From the IMG/VR virus record IMGVR_UViG_3300009425_000021, positions 1 through 52,991 of that record: a stretch of 52,991 nt of DNA; one strand, 5' to 3'. A model generated the notes under the pieces. The model searched no databases, had not been told where the DNA came from, and saw nothing but the letters and a program-made list of their open reading frames with translations. Below, in pieces: positions 35,694 through 45,776 of the stretch (positions are counted from its first letter, which is position 1; the number at the start of each line of letters is the position of its first letter). Origin of the DNA: a virus. Taxonomy: Duplodnaviria > Caudoviricetes. The translations under genes and the position numbers were made by a program.

Positions 35694-38474
35694 ATGGCTA
35701 CATTAGTATCACCAGGTGTTTCCATTAGTGTATCAGACGAATCGTTCTATGCCGCGGCAGGAACAGGATCAGTACCGTTAATAATTATAGCGACTGCACA
35801 GGACAAAAAAACTCCTGACGGTTTAAGTACTGCGTCAAATACTACTAAGTTAGGAGCTGGAAAATTAAAACTTATTACTAGTCAACGAGAATTGCTACAA
35901 ACATATGGTAACCCATTGTTTCATACAAGTGGTTCAGTTGCACTAAACGGATATGATCTCAACGAATACGGATTATTAGCCGCACACAGTTTCTTAGGAC
36001 TTGCCAACAGAGCATACGTTTTAAGAGCTGACATTGACTTAGGCGACCTTAAAGCAGACAGCAAGGCACCAACTGGCGCAATCGCAGACGGTACTTACTG
36101 GCTTGACACTACAAGTTCTTTATTAGGACTTAGAGAATGGTCAGGTACAGCATGGGTTAAGAAATCAGTATCAGTTGTAGATTCAACACAAATAGATTCC
36201 GGAACAGCAGGACCTAAAAGGTCATATGGCTTAAATGGCGATTATGCCGTTGTAGCTAATACAGCCGCTGGCGGAACAGCAACAGACGTAAAATATTACG
36301 AAAAATACAGTAATGACTGGTACCAAGTTGGTACTGCAAGTTGGGTTTCTAGTACATCTAGTGACTTCCAATTTAAGAGTCATTTAGCTGTGCCTACATT
36401 ACAGTCAGACGGAGTTACATCTCTTTCTACTGGCGATGTTTTCATTCAAACTACTACACCAAACACTGGTGCAAGTTTAAGTGTTAAGAGCTACAGCACA
36501 TCAACTAAAACTTTCAGTACAGTAAGTGCTCCATTGTACGCTTCAACAGACGCGGCATATACCGATATTGGTATGGCTAACGTTGCTGTTGGAAGTCTTA
36601 TAGGTATTACAGGCGGAACTGAAGCAGAAGTTGAATTAAAAAGACATAACGGAACTAAAACTGTTACTGCAACCTCAACAGCCATAGCGGCTTTAGACGT
36701 TTCAGGTAACTCTAGCTTTGATATTGTTTACAACGGCACAACTGTTGTTGTAACATTAGCTGGTACTATTTCAGGAACTCCTGCAACTTCAACAGCCGAT
36801 GATGCTATTTTTGACATCAACGCGGCATTGGCGGCGGCAAGTGTATCTGAGGTAATAGCAAGTTCAGGTACAGTTGCTAATACAGTTGTACTAACTTCAA
36901 GCACAGGTAGAGACATTGTATTAAATAGTAACCATTCAGACTTTGGACCAAGTTCAGTAGGATTTGGATCAGCGGCTGTTACTGTAAGTGCTAAATACTC
37001 AAACTTTGCGGTACTAAGTTATCAAGCAAGTAAAACTACATTAACTGGTACATTAGCAGACGGTACATATTGGTACAATGCTACAGTTTCTAACACTTCA
37101 ATTGACATGTTAGAGCATAACGGCTCAACTTGGGTAACTTTAACAAAAGACTTCCAAGCTAAAGCAACTGCTCCAACATTGCAATCAGACGCAACAGCAC
37201 TAGTGGCTGGTGATGTATGGTTAGATTCAGATGATACTGAAAACTTCCCTTCCCTGAACAAATGGTCAGGAACAGCTTGGGTGGCAATAGATGGATCAGA
37301 TCAAGTAACAGCAGATGGTGTTATATTTGGTGACTTCAGACAGTCAACAGCAGGTTCTTTAGATGCAGACGCTCCGGCGGCTAGCAAATACCCAAGCGGA
37401 ATTTTAGCTTGGAACAAAAGAGCTTCAGCTGGTAACGTAAAAGAGTACAAACTCAATTACACACCTGCTTCAACAAACATTGGTAATGTTTGGGTTGATG
37501 CTTCTGGAAACAAAGCAGACGGTAACATGTTAGGACTAAGAAAAGCAGTACATAACTTAGTTAAAACTAAAATGCAAGGCGCAATAGCATCTAATGATGA
37601 TATTAGATCAGAAGTTAATGCGTTTAATATTATAGCGGCTCCAGGTTATCCTGAAATGCTAGACGAGATGATTACACTAAGCACAGACAGAAGAAATACT
37701 GCCTTTGTAATTGGTGATAGTCCTTTCAGACTTAAAGCAGACGCAACTAGTACTACTAACTGGGCAACCAACGTTGGTAAGGCAAGTGAAAACGGCGAAG
37801 ACGGACTTGTTTCAAGTTCACCTTACGCGGCTATTTACTACCCTAGTGCATTAACAACTAATCTAGACGGAACTAACGTAGTTGTTCCTTCAAGTCATGT
37901 TGCTTTAAGAACTATTGCATATAACGATAACGTTTCTTATCCTTGGTTTGCACCAGCTGGCTTCCAAAGAGGACTAGTAAATAACGCAACTAGCGTTGGT
38001 TATGTAGATCCTACTTCAGGCGAGTATGTTAGTGTAACACTTAATGAAGGGCAAAGAGATACTTTATATCAAAACAAAATTAACCCTATTGCTTCTTTCC
38101 CAGGAAGAGGACTTGCAGTATTTGGTCAGAAAACTCTGAACCCAAGTGCTAGTGCATTAGATAGAGTTAACGTTGCTAGACTTATGGTTTACATCAGAGA
38201 AAGACTTGATGATATCGTTAAACCTTTCTTGTTTGAACCGAATGATTCAGTTGTAAGAGCAAATGCTAAAAATACTGTTGATAGACTATTATCACAGTTA
38301 ATCACACAGCGTGGTTTAGTTGACTTTATCACAGTTTGTGATAGCTCAAACAATACAGCGGCTAGAATAGACAGAAACGAACTTTACATTGACATTGCAG
38401 TACAGCCAATGAAAGCAGTTGAGTTTATTTACATTCCGATTAGAATCCAGAACACTTTGGGATCTACAGCGTAA
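35694..38474 (+). CDS. Contractile tail sheath protein (gp18-like)
   Basis: LVSPGVS N-terminus; YPWFAPAG..RG; LYQNKINPI; FGQKTL; FLFEPND; late promoter at 35647. Confidence 0.95.
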   Translation: MATLVSPGVSISVSDESFYAAAGTGSVPLIIIATAQDKKTPDGLSTASNTTKLGAGKLKLITSQRELLQTYGNPLFHTSGSVALNGYDLNEYGLLAAHSFLGLANRAYVLRADIDLGDLKADSKAPTGAIADGTYWLDTTSSLLGLREWSGTAWVKKSVSVVDSTQIDSGTAGPKRSYGLNGDYAVVANTAAGGTATDVKYYEKYSNDWYQVGTASWVSSTSSDFQFKSHLAVPTLQSDGVTSLSTGDVFIQTTTPNTGASLSVKSYSTSTKTFSTVSAPLYASTDAAYTDIGMANVAVGSLIGITGGTEAEVELKRHNGTKTVTATSTAIAALDVSGNSSFDIVYNGTTVVVTLAGTISGTPATSTADDAIFDINAALAAASVSEVIASSGTVANTVVLTSSTGRDIVLNSNHSDFGPSSVGFGSAAVTVSAKYSNFAVLSYQASKTTLTGTLADGTYWYNATVSNTSIDMLEHNGSTWVTLTKDFQAKATAPTLQSDATALVAGDVWLDSDDTENFPSLNKWSGTAWVAIDGSDQVTADGVIFGDFRQSTAGSLDADAPAASKYPSGILAWNKRASAGNVKEYKLNYTPASTNIGNVWVDASGNKADGNMLGLRKAVHNLVKTKMQGAIASNDDIRSEVNAFNIIAAPGYPEMLDEMITLSTDRRNTAFVIGDSPFRLKADATSTTNWATNVGKASENGEDGLVSSSPYAAIYYPSALTTNLDGTNVVVPSSHVALRTIAYNDNVSYPWFAPAGFQRGLVNNATSVGYVDPTSGEYVSVTLNEGQRDTLYQNKINPIASFPGRGLAVFGQKTLNPSASALDRVNVARLMVYIRERLDDIVKPFLFEPNDSVVRANAKNTVDRLLSQLITQRGLVDFITVCDSSNNTAARIDRNELYIDIAVQPMKAVEFIYIPIRIQNTLGSTA

Positions 38475-38489
38475 GACATTAGAAATACT

Positions 38490-38519
38490 AAAGAAAGGGC
38501 TTAATTGCCCTTTCTTTTT
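38490..38519 (+). terminator. Intrinsic terminator
   Basis: AAAGAAAGGGC-TTAATT-GCCCTTTCTTTTT. Confidence 0.88.
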
Positions 38520-38627
38520 GGGCATATTAAACTACTGTTTAATATTTTTGGAACGAATATGATAAATAAGTATTAACAATAATCCTATTAATTATATTTA
38601 GGATATATGGTTTAGGAGAATAAACAA

Positions 38628-39266
38628 ATGGCAATACAAAACAAAACACTAGATAAATTTGGTGTACCAACAACTGGATCAACCGGCACCGGCATTTTGA
38701 TGCCTAAACTCAAGTTTAGATTTAGGGTGATGTTCCGTGCAGGATTTGGTAATGGCGCAGATACATTATCCATTACACAAAATGTGCAAAACGTTACTAG
38801 ACCTAAAGTTGCGTATGAGGAAGTAATGATCGATAGTTACAATTCAAAAGTATATGTTCAAGGCAAACATGCTTGGGAACCTATTACTCTTGTAATTAGA
38901 GATGACATTAGAAATACAGTAGCTAAGGCAGTCGGCGAGCAAAACAACAGACAGTTAAATCACTTTAATCAAGCGGCGGCGGTTTCCGGTGCAGATTATA
39001 AATTTGATATGGAAATCCAAGTGCTAGACGGTCAGTCAGCTGACGAAACAGAATCTTGGTCACTAGAAGGATGCTTTATTACTCAAACAGATTACAGTGA
39101 TTCAGACTACTCAACTAATGAGCCAGTACAGATTACTATGACAATCAGATTTGATAATGCAATTCATCAAGATGGTTCAGCAAATACTATTACTGATAAC
39201 AGTCAGGGTATTGGCGGACTAAGTAGCGACTCGACTACATATACCAACGCTACAACTGGTATTTAA
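38628..39266 (+). CDS. Tail tube protein (gp19-like)
   Basis: Follows the sheath gene; PKLKFRFRV, GKHAWEPITL..RDD, W.LEGCF, ITMTIRFDNA. Confidence 0.88.
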   Translation: MAIQNKTLDKFGVPTTGSTGTGILMPKLKFRFRVMFRAGFGNGADTLSITQNVQNVTRPKVAYEEVMIDSYNSKVYVQGKHAWEPITLVIRDDIRNTVAKAVGEQNNRQLNHFNQAAAVSGADYKFDMEIQVLDGQSADETESWSLEGCFITQTDYSDSDYSTNEPVQITMTIRFDNAIHQDGSANTITDNSQGIGGLSSDSTTYTNATTGI

Positions 39267-39278
39267 AATATTTAATTT

Positions 39279-39304
39279 TGTGAGGTTAGGCAACTAGCCT
39301 CACA
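39279..39304 (+). other. Stable stem-loop after the tube gene (no U-tract)
   Basis: TGTGAGGTTAG-GCAA-CTAGCCTCACA. Confidence 0.6.
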
Positions 39305-39338
39305 CATTATTTAAATACTAGACTCAAAAGAGGATTTC

Positions 39339-40415
39339 ATGCCAACAATTAATGATTTCATAAAAGACACTCTCGGTAACAGAGTTACCGATATTGCCCG
39401 CGACTCTCTCGGCATGAGCCAAATGTTTAATGGGTATGCAGGATTCAAAGGTTATGACCAAGATGACTCGAGACCATCACAATACTTTTTAAAAGCACCA
39501 CAAGAAGCTGACCAATTTAAACCGTCGAACACTCCAGTGAGACAAAAGTTTAATGGCTATGTTAACTTTGTTTTTAACGATGCATTATATAATAAAACTG
39601 GTATAACCCAGACTTCAGATTTTACAAATAAATTAAGTAGTTTAGTAAGAACGGCTACTATGCCTACAGCAGAATTTGCCACAGCAGTACAAAACCAATA
39701 TAATAGAAAACGTATAACAGTTTCAGCTGTTGACTTCAAGCCTGTACAGGTTGCCGTTTTTGACACAGTAGATAGTATGTGGGTTACTATGTTAATGAGA
39801 ATGTATGCACATTTATTCACTAACCCTACTAATATGTATAACAATGATACAAAAACACCTATCAAGAATGATATTGTTCCGGAATCAGTTGCCTCAGGTA
39901 GCACAGCAGGAACATCGGGTAGTTTTAATAGACCATTTAACAGTAACACCGCAGGTTTAAATTTACAGCCAGCAGACGAACGTAACTTTATTACTAGTAT
40001 TGACATTGTACAGTATCATGGACAACGAGCAATTAAGTACACATTATTTAATCCTATAATAACATCATTTGAAATCGACGGGATAGATTATAGCGAATCA
40101 TCTGCTAACCAGATTAATTTAAATATTGAATATGAAAATTTCACTATAGATCCTAATGTAAATGCATTTATAGATCAAGACGATTTAAAGAGATTTTCAG
40201 ATTTTAATAAGAACGAATGGCAAGCAGTAAGAGATGGGAATGCTCAATCATTACCTTCAGTTGGTAATAACTATGTGTATCCATTAGATTTACAAGAACG
40301 AAAAGCTGAGTTTTTAAATGGAGCAACTAGAAGAGAACAAGTAACATTTTTAGATTCGTTTGCATCCGGTGACGATGCAAACAATACTACAGCTGGCACT
40401 GGCGGCGCAGGATAA
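39339..40415 (+). CDS. Tail-tube-like / baseplate tube initiator protein
   Basis: Tube-fold pattern (NQYNRKR...F.PV.V...D; YTLFNP.I.SF....DY; L.IEYE) next to gp19. Confidence 0.6.
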   Translation: MPTINDFIKDTLGNRVTDIARDSLGMSQMFNGYAGFKGYDQDDSRPSQYFLKAPQEADQFKPSNTPVRQKFNGYVNFVFNDALYNKTGITQTSDFTNKLSSLVRTATMPTAEFATAVQNQYNRKRITVSAVDFKPVQVAVFDTVDSMWVTMLMRMYAHLFTNPTNMYNNDTKTPIKNDIVPESVASGSTAGTSGSFNRPFNSNTAGLNLQPADERNFITSIDIVQYHGQRAIKYTLFNPIITSFEIDGIDYSESSANQINLNIEYENFTIDPNVNAFIDQDDLKRFSDFNKNEWQAVRDGNAQSLPSVGNNYVYPLDLQERKAEFLNGATRREQVTFLDSFASGDDANNTTAGTGGAG

Positions 40416-40849
40416 TGTCGACTAGTTTATATGAAACATTTGGTAACGAAGTAAATTACGAAGTTCGTAAAGATAAACTTGTTAAGTTTTTAGAAAACTC
40501 TACTATAGCATTTCCAATACCAGAAGCAAGTGTGGAAATACTAACAACGATGTTAGGACAACAAACCCCTGGAATGAATGGCGATGAAATCGACTTAGTG
40601 TATAACAGACTTACTAGCATTGGCTTTAACGAAGCAACAGGTAAAACACTTGCAGTTGCACTAATACAAATTGCTAAACAGCAAGGTGTACATCCAATGG
40701 AGTACTTTGAAATAAATGAATCTTCTATTAAGTTAGCAGAATCTACATACAAAGCCATAAATAAAATTAGACCAAAAGGCAATCTTATTGGTTTAACAGT
40801 TTCTAAATCAAACAGACAGAGTAAACTAGCAAACGTAATCAGGCCTTAA
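40415..40849 (+). CDS. Hypothetical protein (virion morphogenesis cluster)
   Basis: Stop/start overlap with the previous gene; 144 aa. Confidence 0.7.
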   Translation: MSTSLYETFGNEVNYEVRKDKLVKFLENSTIAFPIPEASVEILTTMLGQQTPGMNGDEIDLVYNRLTSIGFNEATGKTLAVALIQIAKQQGVHPMEYFEINESSIKLAESTYKAINKIRPKGNLIGLTVSKSNRQSKLANVIRP

Positions 40850-40851
40850 CA

Positions 40852-41319
40852 ATGACATCTCGTTATTCCCAAGGGCTATACACACCCCAGAATCCAGAAA
40901 AATATATAGGACCTAAAAAGCCTTTTGCACGAAGTAGTTGGGAAACTGCTTTTATGAGATTTTGTGATGGACATCCTAACATATTAAAATGGGCTAGTGA
41001 GAATGTAAAAATTCCTTACAGGCATCCTTTAACAGGAAAGATAACAAACTATGTACCTGACTTTATGGTGCAGTACCAAGACAAGAACGGAAAAACATTA
41101 GTAGAACTTATAGAAATCAAGCCTAAGAGCCAAACAGTGATAGAAAATGCTAAAGGCAGAGGCGATAAAATGGCGACTATAATAAATGCCGCCAAGTGGA
41201 CAGCCGCACAGCAATGGTCAGAAGCAAAGGGTATACGATTTAAAGTAATAACAGAAGATCAGATATTTAGAAATAATCCTAAGAAACGAACTACTCCAAA
41301 ACGCCAGCGTAGAAAATAA
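40852..41319 (+). CDS. Head completion nuclease (T4 gp4, TnsA-like)
   Basis: PQNPEKYIG, RSSWE, WASE...IPY, YVPDF, IEIKP, N.AKW.AA. Confidence 0.9.
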   Translation: MTSRYSQGLYTPQNPEKYIGPKKPFARSSWETAFMRFCDGHPNILKWASENVKIPYRHPLTGKITNYVPDFMVQYQDKNGKTLVELIEIKPKSQTVIENAKGRGDKMATIINAAKWTAAQQWSEAKGIRFKVITEDQIFRNNPKKRTTPKRQRRK

Positions 41320-41339
41320 CACAGCAGGTAAATAGTGTT

Positions 41340-41858
41340 ATGACAAAGAAATTAGAAGAAGAATTTAACTTACCACCCATAGACGACAATTATAAAAGTA
41401 TACCAGAGTCTCAACCTCAAAAAGAGATAAATGACCAGCAAATAACAGAATTTGAAACTATTGATGTGGAAGATATTCAAACAGCATTAACTACAGCAGA
41501 AAAAATTGATAACGCTTTACAAAATGTAAAGGGTCTTGAGGAGCATGATTTAGAAATGGATAGTATTGCTCAACAGGCAGTTGACAGTTACACGCAGTTA
41601 ATGAACTTGGGTATGAATGTTGGAGATAGGGAAGCTGGCAGTATATTTGATAGTGCCGCAAAAATGTTAAAGACTGCCTTAGAAGCAAAAGACAGCAAAG
41701 TTAATTCAAAACTAAAACAAATCGATATGATGATTAAGAAAGCAAGACTTGATAGTAATGCTGGTAATTATGATGATGGGTCACCGGCTACTGCTGTAAT
41801 GGATCGTAACGAACTATTAAAAATAATTAATACTAAAGCAGATGACGTTATTGACTAG
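41340..41858 (+). CDS. Putative terminase small subunit
   Basis: Helical 172-aa protein upstream of TerL in the packaging cluster; inferred from position and size. Confidence 0.45.
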   Translation: MTKKLEEEFNLPPIDDNYKSIPESQPQKEINDQQITEFETIDVEDIQTALTTAEKIDNALQNVKGLEEHDLEMDSIAQQAVDSYTQLMNLGMNVGDREAGSIFDSAAKMLKTALEAKDSKVNSKLKQIDMMIKKARLDSNAGNYDDGSPATAVMDRNELLKIINTKADDVID

Positions 41859-41961
41859 GAATAGTCCACTCGCCATTTTTAAAAACTACCACAGTACCAT
41901 CGTTTGCCAATGAATATTCGCCTTCTTCAGGATTTTGAGGTTCTTTAACTTTAATGGTCAT
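41848..41961 (-). CDS. Small hypothetical protein, 37 aa (MTIKVKEPQNPEEGEYSLANDGTVVVFKNGEWTIPSQ)
   Basis: Not in the ORF track; minus-strand TATAAATA-N5-ATG late leaderless signature; fills the intergenic gap. Confidence 0.6.
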   Translation of the reverse strand: MTIKVKEPQNPEEGEYSLANDGTVVVFKNGEWTIPSQ

Positions 41962-42021
41962 GCTTATATTTATAAAAAATTGATAAATATGATAAATAAG
42001 TGTAACAGGAGTTTATAATAA

Positions 42022-42723
42022 ATGAAAAACTTAAAAGAACTAATTAACGAATCTTTTAGCAAAGAGTACGGCTATAGAATTAAGTTAGCGAGAGATTGTA
42101 GCCCAGATGACTTATCTAAACTGGAAGGTGTCCTTGCAAAGTATAACTTAGTTAGTGCTACTCCTTGGAAAAGATTACCAATTCAAGAAAATCCAATGGA
42201 ATTTCAAAGACTAAAAGGTGTAAATGTTACATCAGAAGTATGTAGTACAGATGTTGTACTTAAATACCCAGTCAACCAAAGAATACTAGAGGTATTAATT
42301 TGTGTTGAAATGAATATGGATCACGACCATGTATTATGTTACGGTGTTAACGATCCAAGAAAAGTAGAATCAGAACAGGCAGAGCAAAGACTTGCTGATG
42401 ACCTAGACAGAAGTGTTGAGACACCAGAAGCACAATTAGACGAAGTTGATTCAACTGAAGAACAAGACCATTACACTGCACAGAACGAAGATTTAGACTT
42501 AGCAGTATTTGGTGAAGAGTATAACAGTAAGTTCTTAGCAGAGCTAGAAAGAATTAAAGCAGAGAAAGGTGCAGATTACTTTAAGAATTACCCCACAAAA
42601 GATGAACTAATGGGCGACAACTTAAGAGCAATGCACGATTCCATAACTGGATTAGCACATGGCGGACTAGCACCTGAATCTAAGATGGCAGACGTTATAT
42701 CACAAAGCTCAAGAAGAAACTAA
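42022..42723 (+). CDS. Hypothetical late protein
   Basis: Tandem GATAAATA at 41982 and 41991; AGGAG SD. Confidence 0.75.
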   Translation: MKNLKELINESFSKEYGYRIKLARDCSPDDLSKLEGVLAKYNLVSATPWKRLPIQENPMEFQRLKGVNVTSEVCSTDVVLKYPVNQRILEVLICVEMNMDHDHVLCYGVNDPRKVESEQAEQRLADDLDRSVETPEAQLDEVDSTEEQDHYTAQNEDLDLAVFGEEYNSKFLAELERIKAEKGADYFKNYPTKDELMGDNLRAMHDSITGLAHGGLAPESKMADVISQSSRRN

Positions 42724-42724
42724 A

Positions 42725-43333
42725 ATGATAAATGACCACGACCTAAACAAAAGATTAATGGAACTGTTTGCAGAAGTAGAAGAAGCTCCAGCACAGGAAT
42801 CTTATTCACCTGGTGATGAGTACGAAGAAGGCATGGTAAGCAATTGTTGTGGCGCTCCTATTATTGGCGTTGTCGACGGCACCGGCAGATGTAGTGAATG
42901 TAAAGAAATGGCATCAGCTGAAGTTGAAACAGATGAAGCAATTGAAATAGAACCAGAAACAAGTGAAGCGCCATGTGGAATGGAGCCAGAACTTGAACTT
43001 GCTCCAGATACAGAACAAACTGGTGGTTCAGTTACATTTAGACAAGAAAAGAACACTGATAAAGGTTCAGTAAGCATAGAAGCAAGTGCTGACGATATGC
43101 AAGAACTAGCAAAAGTATTAAAACTTGCAGGAATAACACTTCCGCAAGGTATAAACCCAGAACAACCAGAACAACCAGAAGCAGAAGTTGAAGTAGACGC
43201 TGATGACGGTAGTCACCCAACTATGAACTTCCCACATACAAACGTTGATGCTAATATGTCCACCGACAAAGCAGTATTAACTAGTGTTATTAGAGATAAA
43301 CTTAGAGATTATCTTAAAAACAGCCGTTCCTAG
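42725..43333 (+). CDS. Acidic hypothetical protein with CCGAP...CSEC zinc-ribbon-like motif
   Basis: SNCCGAPII...GRCSECKE; very Glu-rich. Confidence 0.7.
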   Translation: MINDHDLNKRLMELFAEVEEAPAQESYSPGDEYEEGMVSNCCGAPIIGVVDGTGRCSECKEMASAEVETDEAIEIEPETSEAPCGMEPELELAPDTEQTGGSVTFRQEKNTDKGSVSIEASADDMQELAKVLKLAGITLPQGINPEQPEQPEAEVEVDADDGSHPTMNFPHTNVDANMSTDKAVLTSVIRDKLRDYLKNSRS

Positions 43334-43368
43334 TAAACAATCCCTCAAAACTCACATAAATACTTACT

Positions 43369-44964
43369 ATGCCTAAAGGAACAGTAAACACCGAGCTGGT
43401 TAAACCAGCATATCAAAAACTACAGTATGACCAAGAGATGCTCAGAGAGTTTCAATTGTGTTGTGACCCGGTTGACGGGGCATTATACTTCATGGAAAAA
43501 TTTGTTAAGATTCAGCATCCTACTAAGGGCGGAATTGACTTTGTTCCGTTTGATTACCAGAAAGATTTAATAGCAAACTACAACAAATTTAGATATAGTA
43601 TTAACATGCTGGGCAGACAGATGGGTAAAACTACTGTAGCGGCGGCATACTTATTATGGTTTGCTATGTTTAAGCCAGATAGCACGATACTTGTAGCGGC
43701 CCACAAAGCGGCAGGCTCACAAGAAATTATGCAACGTATTAGATATGCATACGAAGGTATTCCAGATCATATTAGAGCCGGAGTTTCAGAATATAACAAG
43801 ACTAGTTTAACATTTGACAATGGATCACGTATAGTAAGTAGTACAACTACCGAGAATACTGGTCGTGGTATGTCGTTAACACTAGTTTACTTAGATGAGT
43901 TTGCATTTGTTCCACCTAGAATAGCCGCAGAATTTTGGACAGCATTGTCTCCCACATTAAGTACGGGCGGTAAGTGTATTATGACCTCAACACCTAACAG
44001 TGATGAAGACACTTTCGCTAGTATTTGGAATCAAGCAACTAAAACTGTCGACGAATACGGTAATCCAAGTGTCACCGGGGTTAACGGCTTTAAAGGTTAC
44101 ATGGCAAAGTGGGATCAACATCCAGATAGAACGGCAGAGTGGGCAGATGAAGAACGCAGTAGAATTGGTGAAGAGAGATTTAGACGAGAACATGAATGTG
44201 AATTTATTATTTACAATGAAACACTCATTGACCCTTTAAAACTTGCCACTATGCATGCCACAGACGCCCTGTACAAGATGGGACAAGTACGTTGGTATAA
44301 GAGGCCCAGTGCAGATAAGATGTATGTAGTGAGTTTAGACCCAAGTGCAGGTACCGGAGGCGACAATGCCGCACTACAAGTAATAGAACTACCTAGCATG
44401 AATCAAGTTGCAGAATGGTGTCATAACAAAACTCCTATTGAGGGGCAAGTTAGGACTATGATGGAAATTCTAGAAGAAATACAAAACTATGGTGCTAAAG
44501 AAATTTACTGGTCTGTTGAAAACAACAGTATTGGTGAAGCGGCACTAGTTGTAATTAGAGATACCGGTGAAGAAGCTTTCCCTGGAACGTTCTTACATGA
44601 TCCTGTTAAAGTACAAGGGCGTAAAGGACGTAAAGGATTCCACACTAGCAGTAAAACAAAAATTGAAGGCTGTATCCAAATTAAACGATACATAGAACAA
44701 GATAAGTTAGGTATATGTAGTAAAGCATTAATTGGAGAGCTAAAAACATTTGTAGCAAGAGGCAATAGCTTTGCTGGACAACCAGGTGAGAGTGATGATT
44801 TGGTTATGGCTATGGTTGTCGCTTGTAGAATGGTTTCATATATTGCTACATTTGAAGATGATGTTTTCACTGTAGTAAATTCTACAATAGGAATAGAAAA
44901 ATCAGATAGAGATTCCGGCCCATATGATGAATATGATGAGCCTATGCCAATTGGATTCTTGTAA
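43369..44964 (+). CDS. terL: Terminase large subunit (T4 gp17-like)
   Basis: Walker A RQMGKTT, Walker B VYLDEFAFV, TSTPN, nuclease LDPS and DDLVMA. Confidence 0.96.
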   Translation: MPKGTVNTELVKPAYQKLQYDQEMLREFQLCCDPVDGALYFMEKFVKIQHPTKGGIDFVPFDYQKDLIANYNKFRYSINMLGRQMGKTTVAAAYLLWFAMFKPDSTILVAAHKAAGSQEIMQRIRYAYEGIPDHIRAGVSEYNKTSLTFDNGSRIVSSTTTENTGRGMSLTLVYLDEFAFVPPRIAAEFWTALSPTLSTGGKCIMTSTPNSDEDTFASIWNQATKTVDEYGNPSVTGVNGFKGYMAKWDQHPDRTAEWADEERSRIGEERFRREHECEFIIYNETLIDPLKLATMHATDALYKMGQVRWYKRPSADKMYVVSLDPSAGTGGDNAALQVIELPSMNQVAEWCHNKTPIEGQVRTMMEILEEIQNYGAKEIYWSVENNSIGEAALVVIRDTGEEAFPGTFLHDPVKVQGRKGRKGFHTSSKTKIEGCIQIKRYIEQDKLGICSKALIGELKTFVARGNSFAGQPGESDDLVMAMVVACRMVSYIATFEDDVFTVVNSTIGIEKSDRDSGPYDEYDEPMPIGFL

Positions 44965-45764
44965 TGTCTAAAGAATTATTGTTGTGTGTCGGGCCAGCTC
45001 GAACAGGCACTACATGGCTTTGGGAAAACTTAAAAAAAACGCATAATTCATACGATTTAAAAGAAACATACATATGGTGTGAAAAGCCATTCCCCGATTT
45101 TCCATTACGATATAAAGGCAAGCCTTTTGAAAAAACATTAAATGAATACTACACTACTATAGAACAATCTGAAAAACCTTGGATGGACTTTTCATTAGGA
45201 TGGTACCAACCTCAGCGAAGTGTATTGCCTATCAATGAATTAAACAAGCGTTTTGACTTAACTGTTTACTTGTGGATTAGAGACCCATACGAAACATGGA
45301 TTAGTATGATTAACCATACTAGTTGGTGGACACATGTTAGAACTACAATGGGCGAAGTGTTTGATAGAGAAGCAAAATTATTTAATACGCCACAAGGTGT
45401 TGACATACTTAAACGTAAAGTACAGCAACATGCAACTAGAAAAATAGAGACAGCTGATAAATTAATGTATGCACAGAACAAATATAGCGATATAATACCA
45501 AGTTGGCAAGACACAGGTGTTAACTTAGTACTACTAGACTTTAACAAAATAGGCGATTCAGCGTACTTTAATCGTAAATTAGGCATAGAGTGTGAATGGG
45601 ACCACACAACACGTTATGCTATGGGAGGATTAGATTATGCAGAGCAAAAAAAGAATGTTATAGTTACAGATGAAACCGTTGACCCGGGCGTAAGAGACAT
45701 GATTAAAGAAATGTATAAAAACGATTATGAATACTTAAACGACATAAAAGATAAATACAAGTAG
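44964..45764 (+). CDS. Sulfotransferase-like protein
   Basis: 5'-PSB loop VGPARTGTTWL, KET, and 3'-PB motif IRDPYE..IS. Confidence 0.7.
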   Translation: MSKELLLCVGPARTGTTWLWENLKKTHNSYDLKETYIWCEKPFPDFPLRYKGKPFEKTLNEYYTTIEQSEKPWMDFSLGWYQPQRSVLPINELNKRFDLTVYLWIRDPYETWISMINHTSWWTHVRTTMGEVFDREAKLFNTPQGVDILKRKVQQHATRKIETADKLMYAQNKYSDIIPSWQDTGVNLVLLDFNKIGDSAYFNRKLGIECEWDHTTRYAMGGLDYAEQKKNVIVTDETVDPGVRDMIKEMYKNDYEYLNDIKDKYK

Positions 45765-45776
45765 GAGATATATTAA

